A stretch of DNA of 21,514 nt, taken from Candidatus Thermofontivivens primus. Lineage in GTDB: Bacteria; Sysuimicrobiota; Sysuimicrobiia; Sysuimicrobiales; Thermofontiviventaceae. The notes below the pieces were generated by a model. It did no database searches and was not told the DNA's origin. It saw only the letters and a program-made list of their open reading frames with translations. Positions 18,007 to 21,514 of this stretch are shown in pieces (within the stretch, counting starts at the first letter, position 1; every line of letters begins with the position of its first letter). The translations under genes were made by a program, and so were the position numbers. The DNA lies in assembly GCA_031458695.1 (NCBI GenBank), contig JAVKJW010000033.1, positions 1 through 21,514 of the forward strand. The letters run 5' to 3'.

Positions 18007-18019
18007 GTTCCAGCAACTT

Positions 18020-19336
18020 TTAACGTGGCCTCCTTGCCCGGAGCTTAAACCGGATAGGGGTACCTTCCAGGGGGAAGGCCTGGCGCAGCCTGTGCTCCAG
18101 GTAGCGCAGGTACTGCTCGGGCATCCAGTCTGGGTTGTTCACGAAGAGCACAATGGTGGGAGGTCTTGTTTCAGGCTGGGTGGCATAGTAGATGCGCACG
18201 CCACGTCCAGAGGTGGCCGGGGGTGCATAGGAGGACTGGGCTTCTTCAATCACCCTGTTCAGGGGGCCTGTGCCGATGCGGGTCTCGTAGGCCTGGGCAA
18301 CCCGGAAGATCGTCCAGAAAAACTCCGAAAGACCCCACCCCTTCTTCGCGGAGACGAACAGGACCGGGGCAAAGTCAGCCCCACGGAGCTCCTGACGGAC
18401 TTGAGAGATGGCCGCTTCTGTTCCCTTAGGAGACCTGGAGACAAGGTCCCACTTATTGACGACGATGATGAGAGCCTTCCCCCGAGAGAGGATTTCCCCA
18501 ACAATGTGCCTATCTTGGCTGGTCACCCCCACGGACGCGTCGAGGAGCAAGGCTGAGATCTCCGCTCTCTCGATGGCTCGCAGAGTTCTGAGCATGCTGT
18601 ACCGCTCCAAGTCATGTGTAATCCGTGCCTTCCGCTTGAGCCCGGCAGTGTCAATGAGCACGAGTCTTTGTCCATCTAAGCGGAGAGCAGTGTCCACGGC
18701 ATCACGCGTCGTGCCAGGGGATTCGTCGACAATGACCCGCTCCTCCTGAAGGATGGCGTTGACCAAGCTAGACTTCCCCACGTTGGGCCTGCCAACGATA
18801 GCAACGGAAATCCCTTCCTGCGGAACTTCCTCGGTGTGCTCGGGGAGAAGGGCGATAGCCTCCTCCAGCAGACCGTCGATCCCTATCCCATGGAGGGCTG
18901 AAATTGGGATCGGATCTCCCAGGCCAAGGCTGAAGAAATCGTATACCGAAGAGGTCGCGGCGGGGTTGTCTACTTTGTTGGCAACGAGAAGCACCGGCCG
19001 GTGACTTTCCCGAAGGAGCTGGGCTATCTCGGTATCCTCTGGGGAGATACCCGTCTTCGCATCCACTACGAACAAGATCAAATCGGCCTCCTCGATCGCT
19101 TTCTCAACCTGGCGCCGTACCTGGACGAGGAGGGGCTCTTCTGCCGCAAAGGTCAGGCCTCCGGTGTCCACGATCTGAAACCGTCGACCAGCCCACTCGC
19201 ACACGCCATAGAGTCGGTCCCGGGTTAACCCGGGGGTCTCATCCACAATTGCAATACGCTTCCCCAGGAGGCGGTTGAAGAGGCTGGACTTTCCCACGTT
19301 GGGCCTACCGACAATGGCTATGGTGGGAAGGGGCAT
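18020..19336 (-). CDS. der: Ribosome biogenesis GTPase Der (EngA)
   Basis: Two GTPase domains (GRPNVGKS twice, DTGG/DTAG, NKVD/NKWD) and a KH-like C-terminus (YATQ..RPPT.VLFVN...GTPIR). Start ATG19336 or GTG19348. Confidence 0.96.
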   Translation of the reverse strand: MPLPTIAIVGRPNVGKSSLFNRLLGKRIAIVDETPGLTRDRLYGVCEWAGRRFQIVDTGGLTFAAEEPLLVQVRRQVEKAIEEADLILFVVDAKTGISPEDTEIAQLLRESHRPVLLVANKVDNPAATSSVYDFFSLGLGDPIPISALHGIGIDGLLEEAIALLPEHTEEVPQEGISVAIVGRPNVGKSSLVNAILQEERVIVDESPGTTRDAVDTALRLDGQRLVLIDTAGLKRKARITHDLERYSMLRTLRAIERAEISALLLDASVGVTSQDRHIVGEILSRGKALIIVVNKWDLVSRSPKGTEAAISQVRQELRGADFAPVLFVSAKKGWGLSEFFWTIFRVAQAYETRIGTGPLNRVIEEAQSSYAPPATSGRGVRIYYATQPETRPPTIVLFVNNPDWMPEQYLRYLEHRLRQAFPLEGTPIRFKLRARRPR

Positions 19337-19368
19337 GGGGACCACCACAGGAAAAGGGAGAGTCTTTT

Positions 19369-20235
19369 TTACGACGAAGCCTGGGTCAGCTCTTTCCTTC
19401 TCGAGATCTGTTGCAGGCGCGCAATCACATCCGCAATGATCCAGTCTGGGGTCGATGCGCCCGACGTAACGCCTACAATCTCCACGTCTTCAAACCACTC
19501 CGCCTTCAGCTCGTCGGCGACCTCCACGTGGTAGGTTGGGATCCCGTTGGCCCGTCCGATCTCATACAGCCGGGTCGTGTTCGAACTCTGGTGGCCTCCA
19601 ATGACGACGAGGGCATCGACCTCCTGGACAAGCTGGTTTGCTTCCACCTGGCGGACGGTGATGGCAGGGCAGAGGGTGTTGATGACCTTGATCTCCTTGG
19701 CGCGGACCACGAGGTCGGCGACGATGCGCTGGAAGTTCTCCTGGGATTGTGTGGTCTGGGAGATCACCCCCACGCGCGGCCCCACCTTCACCTGCCGCGC
19801 CTCTTCCAGAGTATGCACAACGGTCACACGATCCCCGAGCACCTCCTTGAGGGTGACCATCTCGGGATGACCATGGTCGCCCACGGCGATGACGTCGTAG
19901 CCCTCCTCCACAAGCTTGAGTGCCAAAGTGTGCGCGCGGATGACAACTGGGCAGGTAGCATCTACAATGCGCATTCCCCTGGCCCTTGCCATCTCCAGGA
20001 CAGCTCCCTCTACGCCATAGGCCGAGACAATGAAAGCTTCCCCCCGCAACTCCTCAGGAGATCCGGCCACACGCACGCCGGCCTCCTCTAGTTGTCGGAC
20101 CACTTGAGGGTTATGGATCAACGGTCCCCATGTGAACACAGGACCGGAGGATTGCTCGGCAGTGGAACGGGCCATCTCCACTGCCCGCTTGACCCCTCCG
20201 CAGAACCCCATGTGCTTGGCCACGACGATCTTCAC
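19369..20235 (-). CDS. ispH: 4-hydroxy-3-methylbut-2-enyl diphosphate reductase
   Basis: GFCGGV, LIHNP, DATCPVV, GDHGHPE, SQTTQ, NTLC, SSNT and GASTP. All three Fe-S cysteines are present; no S1 fusion. Confidence 0.93.
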   Translation of the reverse strand: MKIVVAKHMGFCGGVKRAVEMARSTAEQSSGPVFTWGPLIHNPQVVRQLEEAGVRVAGSPEELRGEAFIVSAYGVEGAVLEMARARGMRIVDATCPVVIRAHTLALKLVEEGYDVIAVGDHGHPEMVTLKEVLGDRVTVVHTLEEARQVKVGPRVGVISQTTQSQENFQRIVADLVVRAKEIKVINTLCPAITVRQVEANQLVQEVDALVVIGGHQSSNTTRLYEIGRANGIPTYHVEVADELKAEWFEDVEIVGVTSGASTPDWIIADVIARLQQISRRKELTQASS

Positions 20236-20291
20236 AGGAGTCCCCCGTTTCTACGATTGCTCGCTGACCTCGTGCCGCGAGGTCATCTCCC

Positions 20292-20320
20292 AGCATAGCA
20301 AAGGGGCCGGGAGACCGCAA
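20292..20320 (-). promoter_or_regulatory. Sigma70-type promoter for ispH-der
   Basis: The minus strand reads TTGCGG-N17-TATGCT with extended TG. Confidence 0.6.
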
Positions 20321-20329
20321 GGGAATCCT

Positions 20330-20358
20330 TTGCGTGCGGGCAACGGAAGGGGTACAAT
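20330..20358 (+). promoter_or_regulatory. Sigma70-type promoter for the small gene at 20398 (divergent from ispH)
   Basis: TTGCGT-N17-TACAAT. Confidence 0.6.
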
Positions 20359-20397
20359 GAGCATGGGACGTGGAAAGTCGGACCTGGAGGGAAGGGA

Positions 20398-20676
20398 ATG
20401 TTCCAAGAGAACAAGCTCGACAAGGTGCTGAAAGCTACCAGGGATTTCCTCTGGGGGCTTTTCGTGTTCGACTTCTATAAAGAGGTGCAGCGCGCCAAAT
20501 CCAGGTACGAGGATACGCTCAAACTTCTTATCCTGGGGGAGATGCTCGGCCTTCCCCTCATGAACTCCCTTGTTACCCTTCGGCTCCTCCCCTACCTACT
20601 CCCGGACCTCGAGGCATGGAAGCGCCGGCAGTTGAGGGAGATGGAGGTCCTGGAGGAGGCTCCTGAGATCCACTAG
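20398..20676 (+). CDS. Small conserved hypothetical protein (92 aa), resembling small proteins linked to CstA/ArsA loci
   Basis: GGAGGGAAGGG RBS, own promoter, and the motif ED.LKLLILGEMLGLP.....TLRLLPYL.P.LE.WKRR. The family assignment is from recollection only. Confidence 0.7.
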   Translation: MFQENKLDKVLKATRDFLWGLFVFDFYKEVQRAKSRYEDTLKLLILGEMLGLPLMNSLVTLRLLPYLLPDLEAWKRRQLREMEVLEEAPEIH

Positions 20677-20708
20677 GAAAGTTCTTCCCTGACCGCTGTG
20701 AACAGGGG

Positions 20709-20737
20709 TTGACAGCAGCTGGCGATTCTGTTATCGT
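20709..20737 (+). promoter_or_regulatory. Promoter driving tnpA-tnpB
   Basis: TTGACA-N17-TATCGT with extended TG, 33 nt upstream of ATG20771. Confidence 0.65.
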
Positions 20738-20770
20738 TCCTTTCGGTATCGAACATACGGTCGGATTGCC

Positions 20771-21332
20771 ATGAAACTTTTCGAGTAGGCCCGCAAGAAC
20801 GGGGTAAGCTACATCACTGCCTGGCGGTGGTTCGAAGCCGGTATCCTCCCCGTTCCCGCACGCCAGCTCCCCACAGGAACGATCCTGGTAGAGGAGCCGA
20901 GAGGAGAAAGGCGCACGGTCCTGTACGCGCGGGTCTCCTCCACAGACCAGAAGGACGATCTGGAACGCCAGGTGCGGCGCCTGAAAGAATGGGCACGCGG
21001 GCAGGGCTACGAGGGGTTCGAGGTGGTGGCCGAGGTCGGCTCCGGCATCCCTGAGCAGGCGCAAACGGCTGCTGCGACTGCTCAGGGATCCGGAGGTAGG
21101 ACAGGTTGTGGTAGAGCACCGGGACCGCCTTGCCCGCTTCGGATTCGAAATGATCGAGGCTGCACTGCAGGCATCGGGGAGGCGCATCATCGTAATTGAA
21201 GAGGGTGAGGTAACCGACGATCTGGTGCAGGATCTCCTGGAGATTCTCACCTCCGCGTGCGGCAGGATGTACGGGCGCCGGTCTGCACGCAACCGGGCGA
21301 GACGTGCACTGGAGGTTATGGGATGCACGTGA
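20771..21332 (+). pseudogene. tnpA: IS607 TnpA serine recombinase, disrupted
   Basis: Translates as MKLFE*ARKNGVSYITAWRWFEAG...VLYARVSSTDQKDDLERQ...AEVGSG, then shifts frame near 21047-21051 into ..RRKRLLRLLRDPEVGQVVVEHRDRLARFGFE...DDLVQDLLEILTSACGRMYGRRS. In-frame TAG at 20786-20788. Confidence 0.92.
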
Positions 21333-21514
21333 CGTTTGAGGCAAAGATCAAAGACCCATCCATCTACCCGATCCTTGATGCCATTGCTGCGCTGATGAAC
21401 CATGTACAGCGACACCTGTTCGTGGACATGTACATACGCAGGAGACCTCTTTCTGCTCTCAAGCGGGAGTACCTCGTGCGGTTTGGGATCACCGCCCGCC
21501 AGTTCAACGCAGTC
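21323..21514 (+). CDS. tnpB: TnpB-like protein, N-terminal 64 codons (truncated by the window edge)
   Basis: GGAGG at 21311-21315, and ATG21323 overlaps the tnpA end. The ORF reads MHVTFEAKIKDPSIYPILDAIAALMNHVQRHLFVDMYIRRRPLSALKREYLVRFGITARQFNAV with no stop. The call rests on position and on the LKREY..RFGITARQFNA motif, which I recall from TnpB-related accessory proteins; the RuvC domain is not visible. Confidence 0.7.
   Translation, partial: MHVTFEAKIKDPSIYPILDAIAALMNHVQRHLFVDMYIRRRPLSALKREYLVRFGITARQFNAV

Larger units (their letters stand above)
20690..21514 (+). mobile_element. IS607-family insertion sequence (left part; left end approximate, continues beyond the window)
   Basis: An HTH plus serine-recombinase tnpA is followed by an overlapping TnpB-like ORF, the canonical IS607 layout. 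Confidence 0.85.

Noticed and set aside
18771..19306. Near-identical 20-nt direct repeat (GACTTYCCCACGTTGGGCCT at 18771-18790 and 19287-19306)
   Set aside because: It encodes the two GRPNVGKS P-loops of Der's tandem GTPase domains and is not a mobile or CRISPR repeat.
20786..20788. TAG in tnpA as recoding (pyrrolysine or readthrough)
   Set aside because: TAG serves as an ordinary stop for several genes in this window, and the same gene also has a frameshift, so pseudogenisation is the simpler explanation.

Overview
A GC-rich bacterial chromosomal segment, mostly housekeeping and metabolic. In order it carries: the 3' part of a Cu(I)-type P1B ATPase, a small membrane protein, an FmdE/zinc-finger protein, a YyaL-like thioredoxin-domain protein, a DUF309 protein and a DUF881 protein. 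Next are a small CxxC-CxxC protein, a GH57/DUF3536 enzyme, a four-gene BMP-type ABC importer, glgB, a DUF1844-like protein and a GAF-GAF-HD-GYP protein. The last part holds tRNA-Pro(GGG), an N-terminally truncated VapC relic, der, ispH, a small protein resembling CstA/ArsA-linked proteins, and the left part of an IS607-family element. The most interesting item is that element: its serine-recombinase tnpA has a premature TAG and a frameshift, while the downstream TnpB-like ORF (missed by the ORF track) is open to the window edge, with a good RBS and a near-consensus promoter upstream. Other items worth a second look are an IspH His-to-Tyr change at a diphosphate-binding position, a SigH-like promoter with a GGA-rich leader before the zinc-ribbon gene, an opposite-strand ABC cassette separating two glycogen-type genes, and a GGA-dense tract next to the tRNA. 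I see no CRISPR array, prophage or clear defence system, and I cannot confirm a new system from this window alone. All family calls come from motif recognition by eye, not database searches.
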